A DNA stretch of 62,644 bases, the filler included. It is 5 parts of 5 records of this genome, joined end to end, with 100 filler letters (N's around TTAATTAATTAA, not from the genome) between each part and the next. Parts side by side here need not be neighbours in the genome. Positions count along the whole stretch, not along the records: positions 19,790 to 33,556 come from SRR20825010_1513; positions 33,657 to 58,012 come from SRR20825010_1518; 3 more parts are not named here. One strand, 5' to 3'. The translations under genes were made by a program, and so were the position numbers. The notes beneath the pieces were generated by a model. The model made no database searches. It was given only the letters and a program-made list of their open reading frames with translations, and was not told the origin of the DNA. Shown here one piece after another: positions 29,734 to 39,186 of this stretch. The stretch's first letter is position 1; every line of letters starts with the position of its first letter.

Positions 29734-29746
29734 GAGGATCACATCG

Positions 29747-30565
29747 ATGGCCGACATGAACCCCAAAACATTCAAGCCCAAACATTTCCTTTGGCAGTTT
29801 GAAGATGGTGTCGCCACCGTCACGCTCAACCGGCCTGACCGGATGAACCCCCTGACGTTCGAGAGCTATGCGGAGCTGCGCGACACGTTTCGCACCCTTG
29901 TATACCTGCCCGAAGTGAAGGCTATCATCATGGCGGGTGCTGGCGGTAATTTCTCATCGGGCGGAGACGTGCACGAAATCATTGGGCCGCTCGTGAAGAT
30001 GGATATGCCCGGCCTTCTCAAGTTCACCCGCATGACAGGTGATCTGGTCAAGGCCATGCGCGGTTGCCCACAGCCGATCATTGCTGCGGTGGACGGTATC
30101 TGTGTTGGCGCGGGCGCCATTATCTCCATGGCGTCAGACCTCAGGCTCGCCACCAAGGACGCCCGCACCGCTTTCCTCTTTAACCGGGTTGGCCTCGCGG
30201 GCTGTGACATGGGCGCTTGCGCCATCCTGCCCCGCATCATTGGTCAGGGCCGGGCGTCCGAGCTGTTATTCACCGGGCGCACCATGAGCGCGGAAGAAGG
30301 TGAACGCTGGGGTTTCTTCAACCGTATCGTGGCCAAAAGCAAACTGGCGGCGGAGGCAAAAGATCTGGCTGCTCGGTTGGCTTCGGGCCCGACCTTTGCG
30401 AACGGCATGACCAAAAACCAGCTCAACATGGAATGGGACATGAGCCTGGATGCCGCCATTGAGGCAGAGGCGCAAGCGCAGGCTATCTGCATGCAGACCA
30501 AAGATTTTGAGCGTGCCTATCACGCCTTTGTTGCCAAACAAAAACCTGTGTTTAAGGGGGACTGA
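29747..30565 (+). CDS. Enoyl-CoA hydratase/isomerase family protein
   Basis: [32 protein letters not shown]. Confidence 0.92.
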   Translation: MADMNPKTFKPKHFLWQFEDGVATVTLNRPDRMNPLTFESYAELRDTFRTLVYLPEVKAIIMAGAGGNFSSGGDVHEIIGPLVKMDMPGLLKFTRMTGDLVKAMRGCPQPIIAAVDGICVGAGAIISMASDLRLATKDARTAFLFNRVGLAGCDMGACAILPRIIGQGRASELLFTGRTMSAEEGERWGFFNRIVAKSKLAAEAKDLAARLASGPTFANGMTKNQLNMEWDMSLDAAIEAEAQAQAICMQTKDFERAYHAFVAKQKPVFKGD

Positions 30566-31749
30566 TGGCACATTCCCGCGCAGATAAAACCTTCCTGAGC
30601 TGGCCGTTTCTTAACGACCACCACCGCACACTCGCGCGTGAGCTGGACAATTGGGCTTTAAGCACCCTGCCTGCCATCACGGACACCCCCGGCGCACATG
30701 ATGATATAGACAACACCTGCCGTGTGCTGGTGCGTGCGCTTGGCGCCGGTGGCTGGCTTCGCTATGCGGTGCCCAAAGCCTATGGCGGCGTGTTTGACCA
30801 ACTGGACGTGCGTTCCTTATGTATCATACGCGAAACGCTGGCCCGGCATTCCGGCCTCGCTGATTTTGCCTTTGCCATGCAGGGTCTCGGCTCCGGCGCA
30901 ATCTCCTTGGCAGGCAGTGAAGAGGTCAAACTCGCTTACCTGCCCCTTGTAGCAATGGGCGAAAAAATCGCGGCCTTTGCGCTCACGGAACCGGAGGCCG
31001 GGTCTGATGTCGCGCAAATCGCCAGCACGCTCGAGGAGAAAAAGAGCGGTTACCGCCTCACGGGCGAGAAAACCTATATCTCCAACGGTGGCATCGCTGA
31101 TTTCTACTGCGTGTTTGCCCGCACGGGCGAAGCACCCGGCGCGCGTGGCCTGTCCGCCGTGGTGGTAGACGCGGACACCAGTGGCCTGAAGGTCAAGGAA
31201 CGCATTGAGGTGATCGCGCCGCACCCGCTCGCACGTCTCAAGTTTGATGGCTGCGTAGTCCCCAAGAAGAACCTTCTCGGCACACCGGGCGGCGGCTTCA
31301 AGCTTGCCATGCAAACGCTGGATATCTTCCGCTCAACGGTGGGTGCCGCAGCCCTCGGGTTCGCGCGCCGCGCACTTGAGGAAGCTGTCCGGCATACATC
31401 GTCGCGCAACCTTTTTGGTGCCCCGCTTGCAGACCTGCCGATCACACAGGAACGGCTGGCGGAAATGGCGCTTGATATCGACGCTTCAGCGCTTCTGATT
31501 TACCGCGCAGCATGGACGAAAGACAGCGGCGCGCCCCGTGTCACGCGGGAGGCAGCCATGGCCAAGCTTTATGCCACAGACAGCGCACAAACCGTGATCG
31601 ACAAGGCGGTGCAGATGTTTGGCGGCATGGGCGTCACCAAGGGCGTGAAGGTGGAAGAACTCTACCGCGAGATTCGCGCGCTACGCATCTATGAAGGCGC
31701 ATCGGAAGTGCAAAAGCTGGTGATCGCCCGGCAGCTGTTATCTGAGTAG
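30565..31749 (+). CDS. Acyl-CoA dehydrogenase
   Basis: [38 protein letters not shown]. Confidence 0.93.
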   Translation: MAHSRADKTFLSWPFLNDHHRTLARELDNWALSTLPAITDTPGAHDDIDNTCRVLVRALGAGGWLRYAVPKAYGGVFDQLDVRSLCIIRETLARHSGLADFAFAMQGLGSGAISLAGSEEVKLAYLPLVAMGEKIAAFALTEPEAGSDVAQIASTLEEKKSGYRLTGEKTYISNGGIADFYCVFARTGEAPGARGLSAVVVDADTSGLKVKERIEVIAPHPLARLKFDGCVVPKKNLLGTPGGGFKLAMQTLDIFRSTVGAAALGFARRALEEAVRHTSSRNLFGAPLADLPITQERLAEMALDIDASALLIYRAAWTKDSGAPRVTREAAMAKLYATDSAQTVIDKAVQMFGGMGVTKGVKVEELYREIRALRIYEGASEVQKLVIARQLLSE

Positions 31750-31758
31750 ACGCACCAT

Positions 31759-33393
31759 TTGGGAACTTTGGGAGGGGAGCCCACAACTATGCCCATAACA
31801 ATGTATGAGAGCGCCCATATCGACACCTTTACGCGGGATAATCTGCCAAGCCCAGGCCTGTGGCCGGAGCTGAAGTTTACCCTGCCGGAGCTGACGTATC
31901 CTGAGCGTTTGAACGCAGCGGCTGCGCTGCTTGCAGGCGGCGCGCCAGATGCCCCCGCCATTCTGTGGGAAGGCGGCGCATGGACCTATGCGGAGTTGAC
32001 CGCTGAAGCCAGCCGCATCGCGCATGTGCTCACCGCTGATATGGGGTTGGTGCCCGGGGGCCGGGTGCTGCTGCGCGGACGCAATACAGCCATGATGCTG
32101 GCGGCGTGGTACGGCGTGCTGCTGGCGGGCGGCGTTGTTGTGGCCACCATGCCGCTTTTGCGCGCGCCGGAACTTGTCACCATCTGCAACAAGGCGGAGA
32201 TCACGCTCGCGCTCAGTGAAAACAGCCTGATGGATGAGTTGGCAGTTGCCGCCAAGCTCACCCACAGCAAGCTTAAAATCATGGGCTTTGGGGAGGAGAG
32301 CACGGAACTTGAAGCGCATATGAAAGATAAGCCGACCGAGTTTACCCCGGTGGCCACCGCGCAGGATGATGTGGCGCTGCTGGCTTTCACCTCCGGCACC
32401 ACGGGCCAGCCCAAAGCCTGCATGCATTTCCACCGCGATGTGCTCATCATGGCTGATACCTATGCCGCTCATATTGTAGAGCCCCGGGCGGATGATGTTT
32501 TCTGTGGCTCGCCCCCCATTGCCTTCACCTTCGGGCTTGGCGGGCTTGTGGTTTTCCCCGCGCGTTTTGGCGCGGCGGTCGCGCTGCCGAGCGGCCCAAG
32601 CGCGGACGCTTTCATGGACACGATCGAACGGCATGGTGTCACCATCATCTTTACCGCGCCCACAGCCTACCGCGCCATGCTGGGGCAGATGGAAGGGCGC
32701 AGGCTCTCAAGCCTGCGGCGCTGTATCTCTGCGGGCGAAACATTGCCAGAGGCCACCTATCATGCGTGGCTTGAAGCCACCGGCCTCAAGCTGATGGACG
32801 GTATCGGCGCGACAGAGATGATCCATATCTTTATCTCGGCTCCTTATGATGAGATCAGACCCGGCAGCACGGGCAAACCCGTACCCGGTTATGAGGCCTG
32901 CGTGCTGGATGATGAGGGCACCATACTCACGCCCCCTGCCACCGGGCGGCTGGCGGTCAAGGGCCCAACCGGCTGCCGCTATATGGCAGATGAGCGGCAG
33001 AAAACATATGTGCAGGAGGGCTGGAACGTCACCGGCGATACCTACAGCCAAAGCGCAGACGGCTATTTCACCTTTATCGCGCGGTCAGACGATATGATCG
33101 TCTCTTCCGGCTATAACATTGGCGGGCCGGAGGTTGAGGCCGCGCTGCTGGCGCATGACGCGGTGGCGGAATGTGCTGTCATTGGCGTGCCGGACGCTGA
33201 CCGTGGCCAGATCGTGAAGGCTTTCGTGGTCACCACAAAAGATATTGCCAGCAGCGATGCCCTCGCGGATGAGCTGAAGGCCCATGTCAAAAAAACCATC
33301 GCGCCCTATAAATACCCGCGCGCCATCACGTTTATTCATGAGCTGCCCAAAACACAGACAGGCAAGGTGCAGCGCTTTAAATTGCGGTCCTGA
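31759..33393 (+). CDS. Aryl-CoA ligase, 2-aminobenzoate-CoA ligase-like (real start probably 31789 or 31801)
   Basis: SAHIDTFTRDNLP, FTSGTTGQPK, GIGATEM, GWNVTGD, PKTQTGK. Confidence 0.85.
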   Translation: MGTLGGEPTTMPITMYESAHIDTFTRDNLPSPGLWPELKFTLPELTYPERLNAAAALLAGGAPDAPAILWEGGAWTYAELTAEASRIAHVLTADMGLVPGGRVLLRGRNTAMMLAAWYGVLLAGGVVVATMPLLRAPELVTICNKAEITLALSENSLMDELAVAAKLTHSKLKIMGFGEESTELEAHMKDKPTEFTPVATAQDDVALLAFTSGTTGQPKACMHFHRDVLIMADTYAAHIVEPRADDVFCGSPPIAFTFGLGGLVVFPARFGAAVALPSGPSADAFMDTIERHGVTIIFTAPTAYRAMLGQMEGRRLSSLRRCISAGETLPEATYHAWLEATGLKLMDGIGATEMIHIFISAPYDEIRPGSTGKPVPGYEACVLDDEGTILTPPATGRLAVKGPTGCRYMADERQKTYVQEGWNVTGDTYSQSADGYFTFIARSDDMIVSSGYNIGGPEVEAALLAHDAVAECAVIGVPDADRGQIVKAFVVTTKDIASSDALADELKAHVKKTIAPYKYPRAITFIHELPKTQTGKVQRFKLRS

Positions 33394-33402
33394 CAGTGAA
33401 CA

Positions 33403-33517
33403 GTCATTCCCGGCGCGCGGCCTTGGACGCAAGGGAAGGAAATCCACACTTCAAAGGTCAAGCAACCGTCTCACGATTGACTGCTGCGCTATGGACCCCC
33501 GCCTTCGCGGGGGTGAC
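33403..33517. repeat. REP-like intergenic palindromic element
   Basis: GTCATTCCC...GAAATCCA left arm and TGGACCCCCGCCTTCGCGGGGGTGAC right arm. Confidence 0.6.
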
Positions 33518-33556
33518 AACGAGCATGCCAAACAAAAAAGGCCGGGCAAACCCGAC

Positions 33557-33656
33557 NNNNNNNNNNNNNNNNNNNNNNNNNNNNNNNNNNNNNNNNNNNN
33601 TTAATTAATTAANNNNNNNNNNNNNNNNNNNNNNNNNNNNNNNNNNNNNNNNNNNN
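33557..33656. other. Artificial contig spacer
   Basis: N-run + TTAATTAATTAA + N-run. Confidence 0.98.
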
Positions 33657-33658
33657 AC

Positions 33659-33949
33659 CATGTACTGGCCGACTTCACTGATTATGTCCCCAAGAATCCG
33701 CGTATGATGAAGCGCCTCGTCAATCAATACATTATCAAATCTCAAAGCTTGATCATCTCAAGAACTCAGGATAAAGTCAGTGATGAGGCACTGGTTCGGT
33801 ACATTATTTTTGATGCTACCTTCCCCAATTTTTGCAACCAAGTGAGAAATGGAAATACTAATCTTGAAGACCTGAAAAAAGAACACGAAGAGGTACGCAA
33901 CCTGGTTGGCGAGGAATTGACCACTGAGCTGGTACTGGATGTTTTGTAA
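33659..33949 (+). CDS. C-terminal fragment of a probable KAP-family P-loop NTPase
   Basis: Frame is open to the contig edge: HVLADFTDYVPKNPRMMKRLVNQY, with the NPR..KR..N motif typical of KAP NTPases. Confidence 0.6.
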   Translation, partial: HVLADFTDYVPKNPRMMKRLVNQYIIKSQSLIISRTQDKVSDEALVRYIIFDATFPNFCNQVRNGNTNLEDLKKEHEEVRNLVGEELTTELVLDVL

Positions 33950-34105
33950 CCGAGACATAAGATTCGAATTCACAAACAAATAAGACTAAAGCGTTTGACC
34001 TAAACCACACCTTTATCCTAAAAAGGCCCCACTTGTCCTAACAAAAACTCCACTTTGTTAAAAAAATTACATATTTTCAGGGCTCTTAACCAGCCAGTAA
34101 TAACC

Positions 34106-34678
34106 ATGTTAACAGAAGTACGCAGAAAAAAACTGTCCTATCTATTTGATATTCTGGACACAAACAAAAATCATTACCTACAGCCGGACGATTTTGCCGA
34201 GGTAGCCAACAAGATTTGTGACGTCCTCAGTCTCCACAACCATTCCAAAGACCGCATGCACATTCAGTTGAAGTCGCTGCGCTTGTATGTGCAGTTGCTC
34301 ACGGATATGGACAAGGAAGACATTTCTATTTCGTTGGAAGAATGGCTCAGCCTGTTCGATTCGGACACACCCATTCCTCCCCGGTCGGCCAAGAAATACA
34401 TCAGTAAAATTGCGGCCTACATCTTTTTGTTGTTCGATCAGGACGAGGATCACTACATCTCCAAGGAGGAATACCTCGACATGTTTCGGATATACAACAT
34501 CGACCTGAACTATTCGGAAAAGGGCTTTGAGTTACTCGATGAAAATACCGACGGTCAGATCAGTCTTCAGGAAATGGTTCATGGCTTCAAAGACTTCCTG
34601 ATGTCGTCCAAACCGGAAGCCCCCGGCAACTGGATTTTTGGCGATTGGCAGTCGTATACCTTTTCGACTGCAGGTTAA
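34106..34678 (+). CDS. EF-hand calcium-binding protein (calerythrin/SCP-like)
   Basis: Loops DTNKNHYLQPDD, DQDEDHYISKEE, DENTDGQISLQE; C-terminal PGNWIFG; ATG 34106 preferred over TTG 34055. Confidence 0.85.
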   Translation: MLTEVRRKKLSYLFDILDTNKNHYLQPDDFAEVANKICDVLSLHNHSKDRMHIQLKSLRLYVQLLTDMDKEDISISLEEWLSLFDSDTPIPPRSAKKYISKIAAYIFLLFDQDEDHYISKEEYLDMFRIYNIDLNYSEKGFELLDENTDGQISLQEMVHGFKDFLMSSKPEAPGNWIFGDWQSYTFSTAG

Positions 34679-35376
34679 TTTGATCCAGAGATAGCCAACC
34701 GTTCGAGTACCTCGTCTCGGTAACTTGCTCCTATGGGGATTTTCTTGCCCGACACCACCATGCTGTGGCCGGAGTAGCTGTCTATTTTGGCTTTGTTCAC
34801 GATGAAGGATTTATGCACCCTGAGAAACTGATCGGCTGGAAGTTCATCCGATAATTTTTTGAGTGATTCGAGTGTGATTATTTTTCTGTTGGTCAAATTA
34901 AATGTGACGTATTCCCTTAATCCTTCTATAAAAAGGATTTCTTCAGGATGTACCCGGTGGATTTGCCCGTCGGCTTTTATATGAAGAGGTTCAGGGCCCT
35001 TTGTGATGGCCTCTGGTCGGGGCTTTTCGCGCAGTAGGAGCTTGTTTACAGCCTTCAGGAATCGATCAAACGGAATAGGTTTCATGAGGTAGTCCGTTAC
35101 ATCCAGCTCGTATCCTTCCAGCGCATATTCCGAATAGGCGGTTGTAAGGATGATAGCCGGCCGGTAAGTGAGGGTTTTTATAAACTCTAGTCCGGTCAGT
35201 CCGGGCATCTGAATGTCCAAAAAGAGGAGGTCCACATTTTTGGAAGCAAGGTGGGATACCGCCTCCAGAGGGTTCTTGTACTCACCCACCAAGTGCAGGT
35301 CCGGAATACGCTTGATGTACTCTTTAATCAGCACGCGTGCTGGCTGCTCGTCATCAATTACTATACAGTCTAGCAT
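34675..35376 (-). CDS. LytTR family response regulator
   Basis: IDDE, LDIQMP, DYLMKP, FLRVHKSFIVN. Confidence 0.95.
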   Translation of the reverse strand: MLDCIVIDDEQPARVLIKEYIKRIPDLHLVGEYKNPLEAVSHLASKNVDLLFLDIQMPGLTGLEFIKTLTYRPAIILTTAYSEYALEGYELDVTDYLMKPIPFDRFLKAVNKLLLREKPRPEAITKGPEPLHIKADGQIHRVHPEEILFIEGLREYVTFNLTNRKIITLESLKKLSDELPADQFLRVHKSFIVNKAKIDSYSGHSMVVSGKKIPIGASYRDEVLERLAISGSN

Positions 35377-35377
35377 A

Positions 35378-36442
35378 TTATTTACAGATCAGGGTGAGCA
35401 GAATACAATAGGAATTTCCTTTGATATTCTTTTCCAGCGATGATTTGCCCGGGTAGGCCAAATCAAGCCTTTTGGTTACGTTTTGAATTCCTATTCCCTG
35501 CACGGAATCTTTCGTGTTGTCTACTACGGGTAAGGTGTTGACTACTTCAAAACGTAGTTCGTTTGATCGGGTTTCCAATAGAATGGATATTTCCGCTTCC
35601 GGGTTGCTTTCGATATCACTGTGTTTGAAAGCATTTTCTACAAAGGGCGTGAGAAGCATCGGTTCTATCAGCATCGTGTTTTCAACGTGCGAATAATCAA
35701 AAGTAACATTCACCTGCTCACCCATTTTCAGATTCTGAAAGTCAATAAAGTTGTTGATGTAAGAGATTTCCTTTTCGAGGGGCACCTTGTCGGAGCTATC
35801 GTATACCACATGCCGCAGCATTTCGGACAGTTTCATAATCATCTGTGGTGTTTTCTCCGATTGCGTTATGGATAGGGAATAGATGTTGTTGAGGGCGTTA
35901 AAGAGAAAATGCGGGTTTATCTGCGATTTGAGGAAACGCATTTCCGATTGCAACTTCTCATTGGTGAGGATAATCTCCAGCTGCTTTCGCTTTCGGGTTT
36001 CATTTGTGAGCCAGAGAATGGTAGAGAAAAAAAGTATTGGGATCGTATTTACTGCCGTGAAGATAAAAGACCGACCAAATGGCCCTGGCCTGCCATGCCC
36101 GCCATTTTCCCGTCCGCCTTTTTCGAACTTGGGTCCGCCTTCCGGCCATCGATCCATCATTTCCGGGCGGGGCATCAGATCTGCGGTGAAATCAAAGAGC
36201 AGGTAAACAGACGCCAGGCAGAGAAGTATAAAAAAGCCATAAAGTAGGTATTGTCCGTTCTCAAAAAATCGGGGAAGAAACACCAGCAGGTTTAAGTAGA
36301 AAAGTATAGACGAAAGTACGATGACTCGTGCCGTATGTAGCATCGCTCCGTTTGTGTCAAAGACATTGCTCTGCCAGTAAAAAATCAGCACCGAAAATGC
36401 AAGCCAGCAGATCAGGTGCACAAGGGTTTCTCTTTTTCTCAT
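35378..36442 (-). CDS. LytS/YehU-type sensor histidine kinase
   Basis: TM helices, LKSQINPHFLFNALN, PFVENAFKH, GIGIQNV. Confidence 0.95.
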   Translation of the reverse strand: MRKRETLVHLICWLAFSVLIFYWQSNVFDTNGAMLHTARVIVLSSILFYLNLLVFLPRFFENGQYLLYGFFILLCLASVYLLFDFTADLMPRPEMMDRWPEGGPKFEKGGRENGGHGRPGPFGRSFIFTAVNTIPILFFSTILWLTNETRKRKQLEIILTNEKLQSEMRFLKSQINPHFLFNALNNIYSLSITQSEKTPQMIMKLSEMLRHVVYDSSDKVPLEKEISYINNFIDFQNLKMGEQVNVTFDYSHVENTMLIEPMLLTPFVENAFKHSDIESNPEAEISILLETRSNELRFEVVNTLPVVDNTKDSVQGIGIQNVTKRLDLAYPGKSSLEKNIKGNSYCILLTLICK

Positions 36443-36587
36443 TGTAAAAAAATCAGATAGGGAGGCAATACTACATATTAACAGACAATTCCGGCCCTCA
36501 TTTCTACCAACACCTGCACGCTATCAATGAATGAAAGAATTCAATCAACAAAGCGTGCACTGAGGCATCTATGGTCTGATAGACCGT

Positions 36588-36617
36588 GTTTGCTGAGATT
36601 TTCTCTGCGTTTGTTGA
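36588..36617 (+). promoter_or_regulatory. Candidate LytTR direct repeats for the DUF4270-like operon
   Basis: GTTTGCTGA at 36588 and GTTTGTTGA at 36609 (21-bp period); an oppositely oriented pair ATCAATGAA/ATCAACAAA at 36523/36544. Confidence 0.55.
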
Positions 36618-36721
36618 ATAATTTTTATGGATTCATTTCTTCAAACGTATTTCGTAGCAGGTTTTCATGGCGATTGAGTGAATGACCAAAAGAGAGGATA
36701 GTTTATGGCGATTATCTCTTG

Positions 36722-36753
36722 GGTCCTGGGAATTCCCAGGACCTCTTTTTTTT
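36722..36753 (+). terminator. Intrinsic terminator in the leader of the DUF4270-like operon
   Basis: GGTCCTGGG-AATT-CCCAGGACC followed by TCTTTTTTTT. Confidence 0.75.
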
Positions 36754-36794
36754 AAGACATTATGGGTGAACACCGGAAAGAAATAAACGTGGGA

Positions 36795-38096
36795 ATGGGA
36801 TTTAAGACTGTGGTTGTGTTGGTGAGTTTGGCATTGGTTTCAGTAAGCTGTTCAGAATCCTCTATTGTTGGAGAGGATTTGTTTGGCGAAGCAGATTTTC
36901 AGATTTCCTATATCGATACAGTCACCATTGGTATGAGCACCGTTCGTTTCGACTCCCTGGCCACCAGCCACAACGACCGATTGCTGATAGGTAATACCTA
37001 CAATGAATTGCTCGGGGATGTACAGGCAGAAATCCTATTTCTGATTACTTATACCTCCAACACTTCTACCGAAGTGGATGACGATACCAGCTTTGATTCC
37101 GCAACCTTCATCCTGCCTCAGGACGGCTACCTGTATCTCATGGAGGAAGAGGAAGAACTTCGAACACTCAAAATAGAACAACTCAACGAGGAATTTGCTT
37201 TCAGAAGTGATGGCTTACTTTACAATTACTCTGAACTAAGTGGTTCACTGGACGGAGAGCTTTTGGTTCTTGGTAAAAAGCAGGTCAAACTGATCAAAGA
37301 CAAAGTCAAGGAATTTGAAGTTAGACTGGATGACGCCTTTGGTTTGGATTTATTTGAAAAGCTTCAAAGCGCAGATGAGTTGGTTTCTTCCCAAAACAGT
37401 CTGGAGAAATACCTCAATGGTTTCCGCTTGAGTTTCGAAGAAGCAGGCGAAAGCCCGTTTACAGGGTTTGTTAAGGACAGTATCCGCTTACGGATTTATT
37501 ATACCGATCACGACAATGTGCCGGCTACCAGTGAATCACTTGATTTTTATATTGGCGATGCGCCTCACTATACGCATATAATCAATGAAAATAGTTCTTC
37601 GGCTTTGGGAGATTTGAAATCGCTGGAGGACGAGGTGCAGTCTACCCAAACACAAGAAGTGAGTATTGTCGGTGGAGGAACGGGTTATGTGGCAAAAGTG
37701 AGTTTTCCGTACATAAAAGAGCTGCTTTTGGACGGCAAAGACTATCTGATAGCCAGTTCCGAGTTGCGATTGAAGCCTAACGCATACCTTATAGGAGATG
37801 GAGAAGATTTGCCCGAACAGCTTGCAGCTATCTTCGTCGATCCAAGCAACCTACAGCTCTCGGAGGAAACCTTTTATGCTACACTTCATCTGGACGATGA
37901 GTTTGGCCGGGACACCTATTATTCGATGGATGTATCGGACTTTATCGATTTGCTGCTGGTGCCTTATGCAAACAACGACTATTCCATACTATTCTCGCTA
38001 GTCGGTGAAGATTTTGAGTCTTCAATGACCACTCTGGGTATTGGCAATGGTAGTCAGGGAAGCGAACTGGTCATTTACACGATTTCAAATAAATAA
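36795..38096 (+). CDS. DUF4270-like lipoprotein
   Basis: Lipobox VSC, YIDTVTI.MSTVRFDSLATS..RLLIG; ORF track starts at 36762. Confidence 0.7.
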   Translation: MGFKTVVVLVSLALVSVSCSESSIVGEDLFGEADFQISYIDTVTIGMSTVRFDSLATSHNDRLLIGNTYNELLGDVQAEILFLITYTSNTSTEVDDDTSFDSATFILPQDGYLYLMEEEEELRTLKIEQLNEEFAFRSDGLLYNYSELSGSLDGELLVLGKKQVKLIKDKVKEFEVRLDDAFGLDLFEKLQSADELVSSQNSLEKYLNGFRLSFEEAGESPFTGFVKDSIRLRIYYTDHDNVPATSESLDFYIGDAPHYTHIINENSSSALGDLKSLEDEVQSTQTQEVSIVGGGTGYVAKVSFPYIKELLLDGKDYLIASSELRLKPNAYLIGDGEDLPEQLAAIFVDPSNLQLSEETFYATLHLDDEFGRDTYYSMDVSDFIDLLLVPYANNDYSILFSLVGEDFESSMTTLGIGNGSQGSELVIYTISNK

Positions 38097-38178
38097 GATA
38101 CATGAGAGAAGCTAGGCGGAGCGCAGATAACATCTCCGTTGGGCCTTTTATGAAGCCATAAACACTAATTACATAGAC

Positions 38179-39186
38179 ATGAAACAAACAAGCATTTGGT
38201 TAGCATTAACCATTCTTCCACTTTTTTTCTTATCGTGCTCGGATGCCGAAGAATCAACGGAAATAGGCAACTGGGTTACCTATTCCGATTTTGAAGGGGT
38301 GACCCGGTCGGGCGCCATCTCATTTTCCATTGGGGATTATGCCTATGTTGGGCTTGGTTCAGACGGGAGCGATTATTTGAAAGACTTTTGGCGTTTTGAT
38401 CCCTCAAAAAACTTTTGGCAGCAGATGGCTGACTTCCCGGGAACGGGCAGGATCTCGGCGGCTTATTTTAGTCTGGATGGCAAAGGCTATGTCGGAACAG
38501 GTTACAACGACGACCTGGATGTAGAAGAATTGGCCGACCTTTGGGAATACGATCCGGAATCCAATACCTGGACGGAAAAGACGGCTTTTGCCGGAAGTGC
38601 CAGATATGCCGCCGTAGGCTTTGCCCTATCGGGGAAAGGCTACATCGGAACCGGTTATGATGGGAACTATCTGAAAGACTTTTGGGCATACGATCCGGCT
38701 GCAGATAGCTGGTCGCAATCGGTGAGCCTTTATGGTTCCAAAAGAGAAGGGGCTGTGGCTTTTGTGGTTGATGATAAGGCCTACGTGGGCACGGGCAGAA
38801 ACAACGGATCCTATCTATATGATTTTTGGGCCTATGATGCCGAATCGGATAGCTGGGAAGACCTCACGCTTTACGACGATGACACCTACTTTGATGAATA
38901 TCTTTTAGCTATTGCCCGATATGGCGCAGTTGGTTTCACCATGGAAGGTAAGGGCTTCATTGCAACGGGAATTTCCAATTCCTACTCTAGTTCGGTGTTT
39001 TCGTACGATCCTGAAACCCAGATTTGGGATGATGAACACACTTCCTTTGAGGGCTCTGCCCGATCCAATGCCGTAGCGTTTTCAATAAATGACAGAGGGT
39101 ATATCACAACTGGAAGAAACAGCAGTCAACGATTTGATGATATAAGAGGGTACTTCCCGTCGGATGAGTATGACGCTTATGATTAA
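38179..39186 (+). CDS. Kelch-repeat lipoprotein
   Basis: Lipobox LSC; about six repeats of R..A..F...KGYVGTG...DFW.YDP...W. Confidence 0.9.
   Translation: MKQTSIWLALTILPLFFLSCSDAEESTEIGNWVTYSDFEGVTRSGAISFSIGDYAYVGLGSDGSDYLKDFWRFDPSKNFWQQMADFPGTGRISAAYFSLDGKGYVGTGYNDDLDVEELADLWEYDPESNTWTEKTAFAGSARYAAVGFALSGKGYIGTGYDGNYLKDFWAYDPAADSWSQSVSLYGSKREGAVAFVVDDKAYVGTGRNNGSYLYDFWAYDAESDSWEDLTLYDDDTYFDEYLLAIARYGAVGFTMEGKGFIATGISNSYSSSVFSYDPETQIWDDEHTSFEGSARSNAVAFSINDRGYITTGRNSSQRFDDIRGYFPSDEYDAYD

Noticed and set aside
31738-32634. 298-aa minus-strand ORF
   Set aside because: Antisense shadow of the CoA ligase.
34106-34678. Bacterial aequorin-like photoprotein
   Set aside because: Only the EF-hand layout is shared; coelenterazine-binding residues could not be verified, and the tail is calerythrin/SCP-like.
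38102-38161. 19-codon ORF between the DUF4270-like and Kelch genes
   Set aside because: Too short, with no motif or other support.
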